Below, piece after piece: positions 19,924 through 29,092 of a stretch of DNA of 64,000 nucleotides. Each line of letters opens with the position of its first letter. The stretch's first letter is position 1. The DNA is from a bacterium (GTDB taxonomy: Bacteria; Patescibacteriota; CPR2; UBA1875; JAJYID01). The DNA lies in contig JAUSJO010000006.1 of assembly GCA_030647205.1 (NCBI GenBank), forward strand, positions 11,163 to 75,162, in the 5' to 3' direction. The position numbers and the translations under genes were made by a program. The notes under the pieces were generated by a model, which was not told the DNA's origin, did not search any database, and saw only the letters and a program-made list of their open reading frames with translations.

Positions 19924-20562
19924 TTAAATAGCGGTTTTCCCACCCGTATTTTCTTGTTCTGCGCTAGAACTATCCACTCCGGACTCTGGCACCACAGTGT
20001 CCGGTCCAGAAACTGATCGTACTTCTTCGGCGCCATATTTTTCCTTTATCTCCATTATTTTCTTTGCCGTAGCATACGGATCTTTGACTTTTTCAAAAGT
20101 AAAATTCATTTTCTCCCCGGCAGTCTGAACAACAATATCACCATAATGTAAAAATGACTGCAAAATACCGTGCTGGGTTGCAGAAACATCTTGAATGTCC
20201 TCAAGCGAAAGTTCTGATATTTTTCGTGAGAAAAGGCCGAGCTGATCTATATCAACAAGATTTTGATTCGTCACTATCTGAACATTCAGATAATTGACTA
20301 GCCATGAAACATATACAAAAAGAACAGTAAAAAGCATAAAGGTACTGACCAGTGCCACAGCGATTCCTGCTAAGGCATTATTTTCTGAAACCAAGCTCAC
20401 TCTCCCCATTTGTGAGTACAAGATTATACAAGATAAGATAACCACAACACCAAGTAACACTGGCGAAATATAAACTATCCAGTGCCTTCTTGTGATCATC
20501 AGCACCTCTTCTCCCTCCTTCTGGGTAGCAAAATATTTGCGATGGGGAATTATTTCTTCCAT
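19924..20562 (-). CDS. Membrane protein with bacterial PH domain
   Basis: RRHW, two TM helices, VTNQ...IQDV...YGDIVVQTAG. Confidence 0.8.
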   Translation of the reverse strand: MEEIIPHRKYFATQKEGEEVLMITRRHWIVYISPVLLGVVVILSCIILYSQMGRVSLVSENNALAGIAVALVSTFMLFTVLFVYVSWLVNYLNVQIVTNQNLVDIDQLGLFSRKISELSLEDIQDVSATQHGILQSFLHYGDIVVQTAGEKMNFTFEKVKDPYATAKKIMEIKEKYGAEEVRSVSGPDTVVPESGVDSSSAEQENTGGKTAI

Positions 20563-20564
20563 GA

Positions 20565-20780
20565 TTAAAAGTTAATCTCTATTGGCTCCGACCAGTTGAC
20601 TTGATAAAGCATAAAAAATGAAAATAACAAAATAGCTACGCTTGCCCAAACATAGATATAAATCCCAAGCTTCATTTTGCTCTTCGGATCATAATATTCG
20701 ATATTATGGTAAATGGCGACTCCCGAACCGATAATCCACAAAATCACGAAAACAAAATAAATAATCAGTATTATAAGCAT
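20565..20780 (-). CDS. Small two-TM membrane protein
   Basis: 71 aa hydrophobic ORF heading the pil operon. Confidence 0.65.
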   Translation of the reverse strand: MLIILIIYFVFVILWIIGSGVAIYHNIEYYDPKSKMKLGIYIYVWASVAILLFSFFMLYQVNWSEPIEINF

Positions 20781-20827
20781 ATTCTAATTATAAACCTAAA
20801 TAGCTAAAATCAAAACTGAAAATCAGT

Positions 20828-21349
20828 CTACTTCCTCTTTCTTGAGAACTTGCAACCGCAGTATTTCTGTAAATAAAGCTCTAATCCTCTTGAGATCTCT
20901 CGTGATTCCTTGTAAAGCGGTCTGAAATCTTGATAATAAAACTTTATCCCAAATTCTTTACCGGCTTCTTCTCCAATCTCTTTTAATTTATCATGGTACT
21001 GAAATGGACTGATAAGAAGAGTGGTTGAGAAATGCGAGAAACCATTTTCACTGGCATACTCAGCAGTCCTGGCTAACCTTTGCTTATAACAAAGCAGACA
21101 CCTGTCCGGCTTGGTTTTTGTATCGCCAATATACTCAAAAAAATCATCTCTCTCCTGTTCGGGCACAATTAGTCCAATCCCGTTGAATTCTACTACTTTC
21201 TTTGCCGAAGCTAACCTTTGTTCAAACTCCGTCTCCGGATAAATATTCGGATTGAAGTAAAACCCCAAAACATCAAACTTAGTATTTAAGTTTGGTATTA
21301 TTGGCGCCGAGCATGGTCCGCAACAAATGTGAAGTAAAAGTTTTTCCAT
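20828..21349 (-). CDS. queH: Epoxyqueuosine reductase QueH
   Basis: LLLHICCGPC, FNPNIYP, RC..CY..RL, YLQKYCGC; start refined to MEKLLL. Confidence 0.93.
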   Translation of the reverse strand: MEKLLLHICCGPCSAPIIPNLNTKFDVLGFYFNPNIYPETEFEQRLASAKKVVEFNGIGLIVPEQERDDFFEYIGDTKTKPDRCLLCYKQRLARTAEYASENGFSHFSTTLLISPFQYHDKLKEIGEEAGKEFGIKFYYQDFRPLYKESREISRGLELYLQKYCGCKFSRKRK

Positions 21350-21409
21350 ATTTAACCTTGTTGTATTATAATGTATGCAGCGAATCTTTGAAAAGCTTGG
21401 GAGGGTATT

Positions 21410-22384
21410 ATTTATACGATAAGCGAGAACGGTCTTCGCCGTTTGGCTGAAAGTCTCATAAAAAAATATGATGTCTATGGTCCTGTTAACACGCATGATG
21501 AGGCCGTCTTTTCGAAATATACTTTCAAAAAAATTGGAGCAGGCGATAAAGTAGAGCTTCACTACGGTGTAACGACCGTTCCGCCGACTAAATATCTCTT
21601 TCCGGTGAGGGAAGACATTCTTTATTTCAAAAATAATAAGGAAGTTTTTAAAGACAGTGAAAATCAAAAACCAAGAATCCTCTTTGGGCTTAACTTAGCC
21701 GATCTTGAAGGTATCGACAGGCTTGACAAAGAGTTTTCAGGTCCGATCCAAGACGAGGTTTATGCAAAAAACCATGAAAATACCTACCTTTTTAGCATCG
21801 ACCACTTTGACCCGGAACCTGAAACCTCATACGACCTTCACTTCAAAAAGAAAGACGACAGATATGAAGTTACCACAGGTTCTGCCTTCGGAAGAGAGAT
21901 AGTTGCAGGAAATCCGCTTTTTAGAGAAACAAAGAAAGAGAGTCTCAAAACTTTCGAACCAAAGAAGAGCCCTATTCACAACCTCGATCTTTATAAAATT
22001 ATTGAAAAGTCAAAAGATGATCCTATCTGGGATAAACTGACCGAAACTTGTTTTGGTTGTGGTATCTGCACCTATGTCTGTCCGGTTTGCTATTGCTTTG
22101 AAACAGAGGACAAAGTGAAAGTTGAAGGAATAAAAAAATGCGAAGGTTGCCGCAAACGCCGTTGGGACTCCTGCATGCTTGCCGACTTTGCCTCAATATC
22201 AAGCCATGATTTCAGGCCTGAGCTTCGAGATAGAATCTATAATTGGTATCACCATAAATTCGTAAGAACACCGAAAGAGCATGGTTTTGTAGGCTGTATC
22301 GACTGCGGAAGATGCATTGTCTACTGCCCGGCAAGGATTAACTTCCACGAAACGCTTACTTATTTAATAAAAAAATACTCATGA
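21410..22384 (+). CDS. Sulfhydrogenase (group 3b NiFe) beta subunit, 4Fe-4S
   Basis: CFGCGICTYVCPVCYCF, R.WDSC, CIDCGRCIVYCP; start probably ATT at 21407/21410 (ORF track gives TTG at 21443). Confidence 0.88.
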   Translation: MYTISENGLRRLAESLIKKYDVYGPVNTHDEAVFSKYTFKKIGAGDKVELHYGVTTVPPTKYLFPVREDILYFKNNKEVFKDSENQKPRILFGLNLADLEGIDRLDKEFSGPIQDEVYAKNHENTYLFSIDHFDPEPETSYDLHFKKKDDRYEVTTGSAFGREIVAGNPLFRETKKESLKTFEPKKSPIHNLDLYKIIEKSKDDPIWDKLTETCFGCGICTYVCPVCYCFETEDKVKVEGIKKCEGCRKRRWDSCMLADFASISSHDFRPELRDRIYNWYHHKFVRTPKEHGFVGCIDCGRCIVYCPARINFHETLTYLIKKYS

Positions 22385-22394
22385 AAATACATTT

Positions 22395-22461
22395 GTCATT
22401 CCGGACTCGATCCGGAATCTATATCAATAAAATCTGGATCCTGAATCAAGTTCAGGATGAC
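22395..22461. repeat. Inverted pair of GTCAT-ended palindromes between hydrogenase genes
   Basis: gtcattccggactcgatccggaatct ... ggatcctgaatcaagttcaggatgac. Confidence 0.85.
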
Positions 22462-22472
22462 AGCGGGGTAAG

Positions 22473-23291
22473 ATGAAAAACTGTAAAACATGTGATTTCA
22501 AACTTAAAGAAGCAACTGTTGTCAAAGCAGAGAGCCTTTGCCGCGACATAATATCGCTTCGCATCAAGCTAAACAAAGGAAACCTTGAGTTTATCCCGGG
22601 ACAGTTTATCATGCTATCACTTTTTGGATATGGCGAGATACCTGTCGGCATCACCACCACTCCTGACAAAAAAACATATTTTGAGGTTGCAGTGCGTAGC
22701 GTCGGGACAGTGACAAGAGCCATCAACCGGCTGAAAAAGGGCGACAAAATTGGCGTCAGAGGCCCTTATGGAAACGGTTACGATGTTGAAGAGTTACACG
22801 ATAAAGACTTAGTAATTATATCCGGCGGACTTGGGATAGCCCCTTTGAGGTCTTTGATTGAATACGTTGGCGGACATAAGAGAAAATTCAAAAGCCTGCA
22901 AATACTTTACGGCGCGAAGAATCCTGATGAGATTTTGTATGACCGCGAACTCTTTGCGTGCGATAAGTTTGCCCGCGTCATGCTGACAGTTGATGAGAAA
23001 AATGGTCCTTGGGGAGGCCTAACCGGCATTATCACGACTCACATTGATAAACTCAGAATAACCCCCGACCTCAAGGTTATCATGTGCGGTCCTCCGATAA
23101 TGTATAAGTTTGTTATCCCGGAACTTGAAAAGTTCGGCATACCCGATGAAGATATCCAAATCCTTTTGGAAAGGCGGATGAAATGCGGCATCGGCAAGTG
23201 CCAGCACTGCACATTTGGCGACAAATATGTCTGCCTGGACGGACCGGTGTTTAAATATTCGCAAATAAAAGATAATTTGGAAGCAATATAA
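22473..23291 (+). CDS. Sulfhydrogenase gamma subunit (FAD/NAD-binding, 2Fe-2S)
   Basis: PGQF, RGPYGNG, GGLGIAP, CGPP.M, MKCGIGKCQHC, CLDGPVF. Confidence 0.92.
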   Translation: MKNCKTCDFKLKEATVVKAESLCRDIISLRIKLNKGNLEFIPGQFIMLSLFGYGEIPVGITTTPDKKTYFEVAVRSVGTVTRAINRLKKGDKIGVRGPYGNGYDVEELHDKDLVIISGGLGIAPLRSLIEYVGGHKRKFKSLQILYGAKNPDEILYDRELFACDKFARVMLTVDEKNGPWGGLTGIITTHIDKLRITPDLKVIMCGPPIMYKFVIPELEKFGIPDEDIQILLERRMKCGIGKCQHCTFGDKYVCLDGPVFKYSQIKDNLEAI

Positions 23292-23758
23292 TGGCAAATC
23301 TAGAGCAGCTGAGAAGTATGCTTCTTCAAAAAAACCAAACTGTTACCGAGATAGAAATGACAAGTGGCAACTATGATACTGACGGGAAGTTAATTGAAAA
23401 CGAGGTGCCAACACTGACAACAGATTTTTGCGAGATAGGAGCCTATAACAACACTTGCTATTTTACGTTCATTCTCGATTCCTGTTCATTCTCACAGAAG
23501 CTCTTAGAGCAGATAAAAGATTATGATAAGATGCATATATACGGTTTCAAAAATTTTCTAACAGACTTATACCCTAAAAGATGTTTTTCATATAAAAAAT
23601 TTGATGAAGAAATCAAAAAAGATGATTATGTTCAGATTCAATTCAATTTTGAAAACATCGGACCAAAGGACATATTAGATAAATATCTTAGCTTGAAATC
23701 TATTTTTGTAAGTACCGATGCCACAGTAATTAACCAAATAACACACAAATTCAAATGA
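23291..23758 (+). CDS. Hypothetical protein inside hydrogenase operon
   Basis: 155 aa AT-rich ORF overlapping both neighbours. Confidence 0.65.
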   Translation: MANLEQLRSMLLQKNQTVTEIEMTSGNYDTDGKLIENEVPTLTTDFCEIGAYNNTCYFTFILDSCSFSQKLLEQIKDYDKMHIYGFKNFLTDLYPKRCFSYKKFDEEIKKDDYVQIQFNFENIGPKDILDKYLSLKSIFVSTDATVINQITHKFK

Positions 23759-24498
23759 AAAGCCCAAAACCTAAAATAGCAATTTTTGACCTGACCGACT
23801 GTGAAGGCTGTGAACTTCAGATGTTAAATCTGAAAGGCAGGCTTTTGAAACTAGCAGAATTAGTTGACATTCCTATCTGGCGGCTGGCAAAGTCACCGGC
23901 AGAGTTCGGCCCTTTTGATATTTCGTTTATAGAAGGCACGCCGATGAGCAAAGATGATATCGCGGTTGCCAAAAAAGTACGTGAAAGGTCAAAAAAAGTT
24001 GTCGCTCTTGGCGCATGCGCCCACCTCGGCGGAGTACCTGCAGAACTTGATGAGACAAAACGAGATAAGTTTATGAAGGAGGTTTACGGGGGAAACTATA
24101 AAACATCCTCAAAAGCAGCCAAACCCCTTTCCGCATATATACACGTTGACTACTTCATACACGGCTGTCCGATAGACCTCGACGAAGCCGAAAGAGTTAT
24201 AGTTGATCTTTTGATGGATAAAAACCCTGTCGGACCTTCCACTCCGGTTTGTCTTGAATGCAAAGAAAAAGAAAATCCTTGCGTGCTTTTAAAGGGCGAG
24301 CCGTGCCAAGGACCAATAACCGAGGGCGGATGCAAGGCCGTTTGCCCATCAAATGGACTTCGTTGCTGGGGATGCCAGGGACATACAAAAAATGCGAATG
24401 TTGGGGCGATGGAAAAGAGTTTGGAACGAATCGGCTATAAAGATCAGGCCGAAAACATCATGGGAGCATTTACTAAAGAGCGTGGGGAGAAAAAATGA
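23755..24498 (+). CDS. NiFe hydrogenase small (delta) subunit
   Basis: DCEGC, GACA..GG, GCP, C-terminal Cys cluster. Confidence 0.92.
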   Translation: MKSPKPKIAIFDLTDCEGCELQMLNLKGRLLKLAELVDIPIWRLAKSPAEFGPFDISFIEGTPMSKDDIAVAKKVRERSKKVVALGACAHLGGVPAELDETKRDKFMKEVYGGNYKTSSKAAKPLSAYIHVDYFIHGCPIDLDEAERVIVDLLMDKNPVGPSTPVCLECKEKENPCVLLKGEPCQGPITEGGCKAVCPSNGLRCWGCQGHTKNANVGAMEKSLERIGYKDQAENIMGAFTKERGEKK

Positions 24499-25748
24499 AA
24501 GATTTACTAGACAAATATATTTGCAGGATTGAAGGTCATGGCTATCTCAAGCTCTCATACGAACATGCCAAAGTTCAGCTTGTTGTAGACGAAGGTGAGA
24601 GGCTTTTTGAAAAACTTTTAATCGGGCGCCCATACTCTGATGCGCCGTTTATCACCGCTCGCATTTGCGGTGTCTGCCCCACCGCCCATACTCTTGCCTC
24701 CATCTCGGCTTTGGAAAATGCATTCGGCATCAATGTAAATAAAGATATAGAGACACTTCGAAAGGTTTTGCTCGCAGGACAAATAATCCAGTCTCACGCG
24801 CTTCACATTTTCTTTCTTGCCGCTCCTGACTATATCGGGCTCGATAATGCCCTCGAACTTGCCGACAAAAAACCGGAAGTTTTTAAGATTGCGCTTTCAC
24901 TAAAAGAAATTGGGGATGACATAGTCCGAACCATCGGCGGACGTCAGGTCCACCCGGTCACTCCAACGGTCGGCGGATTTACAAATAAATTTGATAAGAA
25001 AGTTTTGCAGGATTTAAGGAAAAGAGTTGAAGGCAACATGCACTTTGCCCTTGAAGCGCTGGATCTGGTCGGGAAATTTAAATATCCAAACTTTGAACAC
25101 GAAACTCAGAACTTTGCCCTTACAAACTGGGGAACTTATGCATTTTTGAACGGCAAAATCACCTCAAACAAGGGGCTTAAAACCGATGTTCAAAACTATG
25201 AGCTAAACATTAAAGAGAAGGTTCTGGAGTATTCAAGCGCCAAACATGCCACACATAATAAAGAAAGTTTCATGGTTGGATCTCTATCACGAGTAAATCT
25301 GCAAGCCGACAAACTAAATCCAAAAGCAAAGAAAGCAGTTCATCATTTCAAGGGAATCAGTTTTCCGAGTTCAAATCCTTACCATATCAACCTTGCCCAA
25401 GCAGTGGAAACAGTACATTTCATGGAAGAAGTTGTTCAATGCCTAGATACTCTCATCAATGGACGCGCGCTGATCCTAAAAAGTCCATATAAAGTAAAAG
25501 CATCATCAGCTGCGGGAGCCATCGAGGCGCCTCGCGGAACACTCTATCATTATTATGAAATTGACGCTAAAGGTATCATCAAAGACTGCGACATTATCAC
25601 GCCAACAGTACAAAATCTCGAAGATATAGAGAAAAGTGCAGAATACATCTTAGAAAACACTAAAGATTTGCCCGAAAAAGAGCGCTATCACCTTCTCGAA
25701 ATGCTCGTCCGCGCCTATGACCCCTGCATTACCTGCTCAGTACACTAA
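24495..25748 (+). CDS. NiFe hydrogenase large (alpha) subunit, group 3b type
   Basis: RIEGH, L1 RICGVC, EAPRG.L.H, L2 DPCITCSVH. Confidence 0.95.
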   Translation: MKDLLDKYICRIEGHGYLKLSYEHAKVQLVVDEGERLFEKLLIGRPYSDAPFITARICGVCPTAHTLASISALENAFGINVNKDIETLRKVLLAGQIIQSHALHIFFLAAPDYIGLDNALELADKKPEVFKIALSLKEIGDDIVRTIGGRQVHPVTPTVGGFTNKFDKKVLQDLRKRVEGNMHFALEALDLVGKFKYPNFEHETQNFALTNWGTYAFLNGKITSNKGLKTDVQNYELNIKEKVLEYSSAKHATHNKESFMVGSLSRVNLQADKLNPKAKKAVHHFKGISFPSSNPYHINLAQAVETVHFMEEVVQCLDTLINGRALILKSPYKVKASSAAGAIEAPRGTLYHYYEIDAKGIIKDCDIITPTVQNLEDIEKSAEYILENTKDLPEKERYHLLEMLVRAYDPCITCSVH

Positions 25749-25751
25749 GAT

Positions 25752-25782
25752 AAAGGACGAGGTCTAATAGACCTCGTCCTTT
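25752..25782. terminator. Bidirectional intrinsic terminator
   Basis: aaaggacgaggtct-aat-agacctcgtccttt between convergent genes. Confidence 0.85.
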
Positions 25783-25809
25783 GTTATACATAATAATGTT
25801 CATGAACCC

Positions 25810-26505
25810 TCAACCTGCATAGGCGGCTAAGTTCTTTGTCTCGCCATTTGCATAATATGCGGTAAAGTTCACTACATCATAAGCAGAAAGTGGAGCGATG
25901 CCAAACACGCTGCCACTATCCATCATGATAAGATTATTATTTGGGATCAGTAATGGCGCCATACCTACTGGTGTATGCCCCACAATAAGCCTCTTAGGGA
26001 AACTGTAGTTCACAGTTTCACAATAGGCCGCGAGGTCCGGTATCCAGAGCTTTGTTTCGGCGCTGGTCCTCGCTCTCGGCATAAAGCCTGCGTGTGCATA
26101 AAGAGCCTGCTTCGTCTCGAGATGGATAACGGTGTTTTTATGCAACCATCGTCCCGCTGCAAGCAAAGACTCTTTGGTCCGAAAAGATTCAATAGTAGCA
26201 AGACCACCATGTTTCTCAAAGAACCCTTCCTCATATTCGCAAACGCTCTCGATACCAAGATAATCAAAAAGCATGTCTTCATGATTGCCTCTTACTATAA
26301 ATACCCGGTCCGGCATGGACTCTTTCATCTCCCTGATTTTTTCGACTACTTCTCGAGACTGCAGTCCCCGATCAATTAAATCGCCAAGAAAGATAATCTT
26401 ATCTTCTGGGCATATCGGGCCAATAGTCTTTAAGAGGTCAACAAAATCATCGAAACAACCATGAATATCCCCTATCGAGATCTCTCTCGGCTCCACTCTC
26501 ATCAC
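25810..26505 (-). CDS. PPP-family metallophosphoesterase (Ser/Thr phosphatase/ApaH-like)
   Basis: GDIHG, GDLIDRG, RGNHE, HAG, VGHT. Confidence 0.9.
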   Translation of the reverse strand: MMRVEPREISIGDIHGCFDDFVDLLKTIGPICPEDKIIFLGDLIDRGLQSREVVEKIREMKESMPDRVFIVRGNHEDMLFDYLGIESVCEYEEGFFEKHGGLATIESFRTKESLLAAGRWLHKNTVIHLETKQALYAHAGFMPRARTSAETKLWIPDLAAYCETVNYSFPKRLIVGHTPVGMAPLLIPNNNLIMMDSGSVFGIAPLSAYDVVNFTAYYANGETKNLAAYAG

Positions 26506-26623
26506 CCCCCTGATGTATATAATTTAACAAGGAACTTACGGACAACCATTATAGAAGATAACTACAAATAGGTCAACTTAATAAGCCCTCCTCATTTAGC
26601 ATAATCTAATGTAATATTGGGAC

Positions 26624-26839
26624 ATGTGTTTAGCGTTTCCGGGCAAGATTTTAAAGATTCAAGGCGACAAGTCAGTCGTTGATTTTGATGGCGTAGAAAA
26701 AGAAGTTAACATTTCCTTGATTAAGGGCGCAAAAGTTGATGAATATGTCATGGTTCATGCCGGTTTTGCCATCCAGATAATGGGCAAAAAGGACGCTCTG
26801 GAAGTTTTCAAGCTCTATAAAGAAGCTGAGGGAAAATGA
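26624..26839 (+). CDS. hypC: Hydrogenase maturation chaperone HypC
   Basis: MCLAFPG...VMVHAGFA. Confidence 0.95.
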   Translation: MCLAFPGKILKIQGDKSVVDFDGVEKEVNISLIKGAKVDEYVMVHAGFAIQIMGKKDALEVFKLYKEAEGK

Positions 26840-27870
26840 GTGAACAAGAAGTTCTAAAAGACATACACACCCTCGCCAAGAAGATTGGCCGAAATGTGAA
26901 CCTGATGGAAGTTTGCGGTACTCATACCCAAGCTGTAGCCAGAGCAGGGCTAAAGTCACTTTTGCCAAAAAATGTTCATCTGACTACCGGCCCCGGCTGT
27001 CCGGTCTGTGTCACAGCTCAAGAAGATATAGACGCTATCGTTTCTCTAGCTCTCGCCGGCATTCCCGTAGCCACTTATGGGGATATGATGAGAGTTCCGG
27101 GAAGCTTTGGCAGTCTAGATCAAGCTCGGGAAAAGGGCGCCCAAGTGTTTGATATCTATTCAACAGAAGAAGCACTTGAAATCCAAAAGGAATATCCTGA
27201 CTTAGTATTCTTTGGTCTTGGTTTTGAAACAACCGCCCCCATGAGCGCTTTTGCTATCCAAAAGGGATTAGTTATCTATCCTACCCACAAACTTTTTCTG
27301 CCCGCCATGAAAGCCTTGCTTGAAATCGGCGAACTGAAAATAGACGGCTACATCTGCCCCGGACATGTTTCAGCAATTATCGGCTCTAAACCCTATGAAG
27401 AAATGAGAGTACCACAAGTGATTACCGGCTTTCAACCTGACGACATTTTGGTCGCTATCTATATGCTGCTCAAGCAACTAGCTGAAGATCGAGCCGATGT
27501 AGAAAACGAATATGTCCGCCTTGTTAAAGAAGGTGGAAATCCGGAAGCTTTGAACCAAATATTCGAGGTTTTCGAAGAGTCAGATGGAAACTGGCGGGGA
27601 TTTGGTACCATTCCCGGTTCGGGGCTTAAAATAAAAGAAAAATATAAAGCCTTTGATGCTAGACTTAAGTATAAAGATATATTAGATAGAGTTGACTTTT
27701 CAAAGTCTCGGAAACCGACCGCTTGCAAATGCGGAGAGATTATAAGGGGGCTAAAAAGTCCAACAGATTGCCCGGTATTTAAGAAAGGTTGCACGCCTGA
27801 CAAACCTATCGGTCCATGCATGGTTTCGGTCGAGGGTGCTTGCAACGTGGAGTATCGATATGGTAAATGA
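26836..27870 (+). CDS. hypD: Hydrogenase maturation protein HypD
   Basis: MEVCGTHT, GPGCPVC, GFETT, PGHVS, GPCMVSVEGAC. Confidence 0.96.
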   Translation: MSEQEVLKDIHTLAKKIGRNVNLMEVCGTHTQAVARAGLKSLLPKNVHLTTGPGCPVCVTAQEDIDAIVSLALAGIPVATYGDMMRVPGSFGSLDQAREKGAQVFDIYSTEEALEIQKEYPDLVFFGLGFETTAPMSAFAIQKGLVIYPTHKLFLPAMKALLEIGELKIDGYICPGHVSAIIGSKPYEEMRVPQVITGFQPDDILVAIYMLLKQLAEDRADVENEYVRLVKEGGNPEALNQIFEVFEESDGNWRGFGTIPGSGLKIKEKYKAFDARLKYKDILDRVDFSKSRKPTACKCGEIIRGLKSPTDCPVFKKGCTPDKPIGPCMVSVEGACNVEYRYGK

Positions 27871-28873
27871 CGAGTCAATAGAACTGGATCACGGCGGTGG
27901 CGGATATAAGTCCTGGGAACTGCTTCAGGATATCCGCGGAGCTTTGAAATCCAGGGGTAAATGGCAAAACTGTGAGGATGATGCCGCCGTTTACGACCTA
28001 TCCTCTTCTGTCATTCCCGCGAAGGCGGGAATCCATTCAAAATTGGTTTTTACTAGCGACGCTTTTATAGTTGAGCCAATATTCTTCCCCGGTGGAGATA
28101 TCGGGAAGATTGCCATGTGCGGAACTATTAACGACCTTTCCGTCATGGGAGCAAAACCTCTCGGCATTTCCCTGAGTATCGTCATGGAAGAAGGATTTTC
28201 AAAAACTGATTTGATGAAGATTATGCGCTCAATAAATAAAGTTTCTGAAGAATCAGGCGTTCCGGTCGTCACTGGCGACACCAAAGTTATGCAAAAAGGA
28301 AAGATCGATAAAATAGAAATCACTACCGCCGGAGTCGGCCTAGCTGATCGTGTCATCGAGAATAAAGGGATCAAAGCTGGAGATGTGATTATCTCCTCCG
28401 GTGACCTTGGTGAACATGCTGTTACCCTCCTTGCCAGCAGGTTTAACTACAAAACAAAGATAATCAGCGACTCCAAACCTTTGAATAAGGAAATTGAGAA
28501 AGTTGGTGAGTATCTAAATGCCTGCAAAGACCCGACCCGAGGAGGACTCGCCGCCAATATCGTAGAAATGGCCAATAAATCTAGGGTAAAGATTGTTTTA
28601 GATGAGAAAACCTTGCCCTACAAGAAAGAAACTGTCGCTGTCTCTGAACTGCTCGGCATAGATATATTTGCGCTTGCAAGTGAGGGCCGTTTCATCGCTA
28701 GCGTTTCCCCAAAAAATGCCGATAAAGTCTTAGAAATTTTAAAGAAATTTAATAATGAAGCCAAAGTAATCGGCCATGCAGAGGCCGGCTCTGGCGTATA
28801 CCTCAAAACCAAACTTGGCGCCCTCCGCCCTATCGAGATGCCGAAAGGAAAACTAATTCCCAGAATTTGTTAA
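27860..28873 (+). CDS. hypE: Hydrogenase maturation protein HypE
   Basis: HGGGG, FFPGGDIG, TGDTKV, DPTRGG, terminal PRIC. Confidence 0.96.
   Translation: MVNDESIELDHGGGGYKSWELLQDIRGALKSRGKWQNCEDDAAVYDLSSSVIPAKAGIHSKLVFTSDAFIVEPIFFPGGDIGKIAMCGTINDLSVMGAKPLGISLSIVMEEGFSKTDLMKIMRSINKVSEESGVPVVTGDTKVMQKGKIDKIEITTAGVGLADRVIENKGIKAGDVIISSGDLGEHAVTLLASRFNYKTKIISDSKPLNKEIEKVGEYLNACKDPTRGGLAANIVEMANKSRVKIVLDEKTLPYKKETVAVSELLGIDIFALASEGRFIASVSPKNADKVLEILKKFNNEAKVIGHAEAGSGVYLKTKLGALRPIEMPKGKLIPRIC
28010..28035. repeat. REP-like palindrome in frame in hypE
   Basis: gtcattcccgcgaaggcgggaatcca encodes VIPAKAGI. Confidence 0.85.
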
Positions 28874-28876
28874 AAC

Positions 28877-29092
28877 ATGAAGAATAAATCAGTCAAAATT
28901 ATCTATAAAAACTTTCGAGGTGAAGTTACTACTCGTGAAATTATCCCTGACCATATTCGGTTTGAAGGTACACAGTGGCACAAGGAGCCTCAATGGACAC
29001 TGCATGCATTTGATATAGAGAAAAAAGCTATACGATATTTCGCAATAAAAGATATTCAAGAATGGTTAACAGACAGTACCGACAAGAAATAA
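28877..29092 (+). CDS. Small standalone WYL-domain protein
   Basis: IIYKNFRGEVT.REI.P...W.L.AFD.EK.A.R.F. Confidence 0.75.
   Translation: MKNKSVKIIYKNFRGEVTTREIIPDHIRFEGTQWHKEPQWTLHAFDIEKKAIRYFAIKDIQEWLTDSTDKK

Noticed and set aside
21350-21667. Long N-terminal extension of QueH in the ORF track
   Set aside because: Overlaps the divergent hydrogenase gene; QueH homology begins at MEKLLLH
24495-25748. Possible NiFeSe hydrogenase or stop-codon recoding
   Set aside because: L2 motif has ordinary Cys codons, and TGA acts as stop throughout the window
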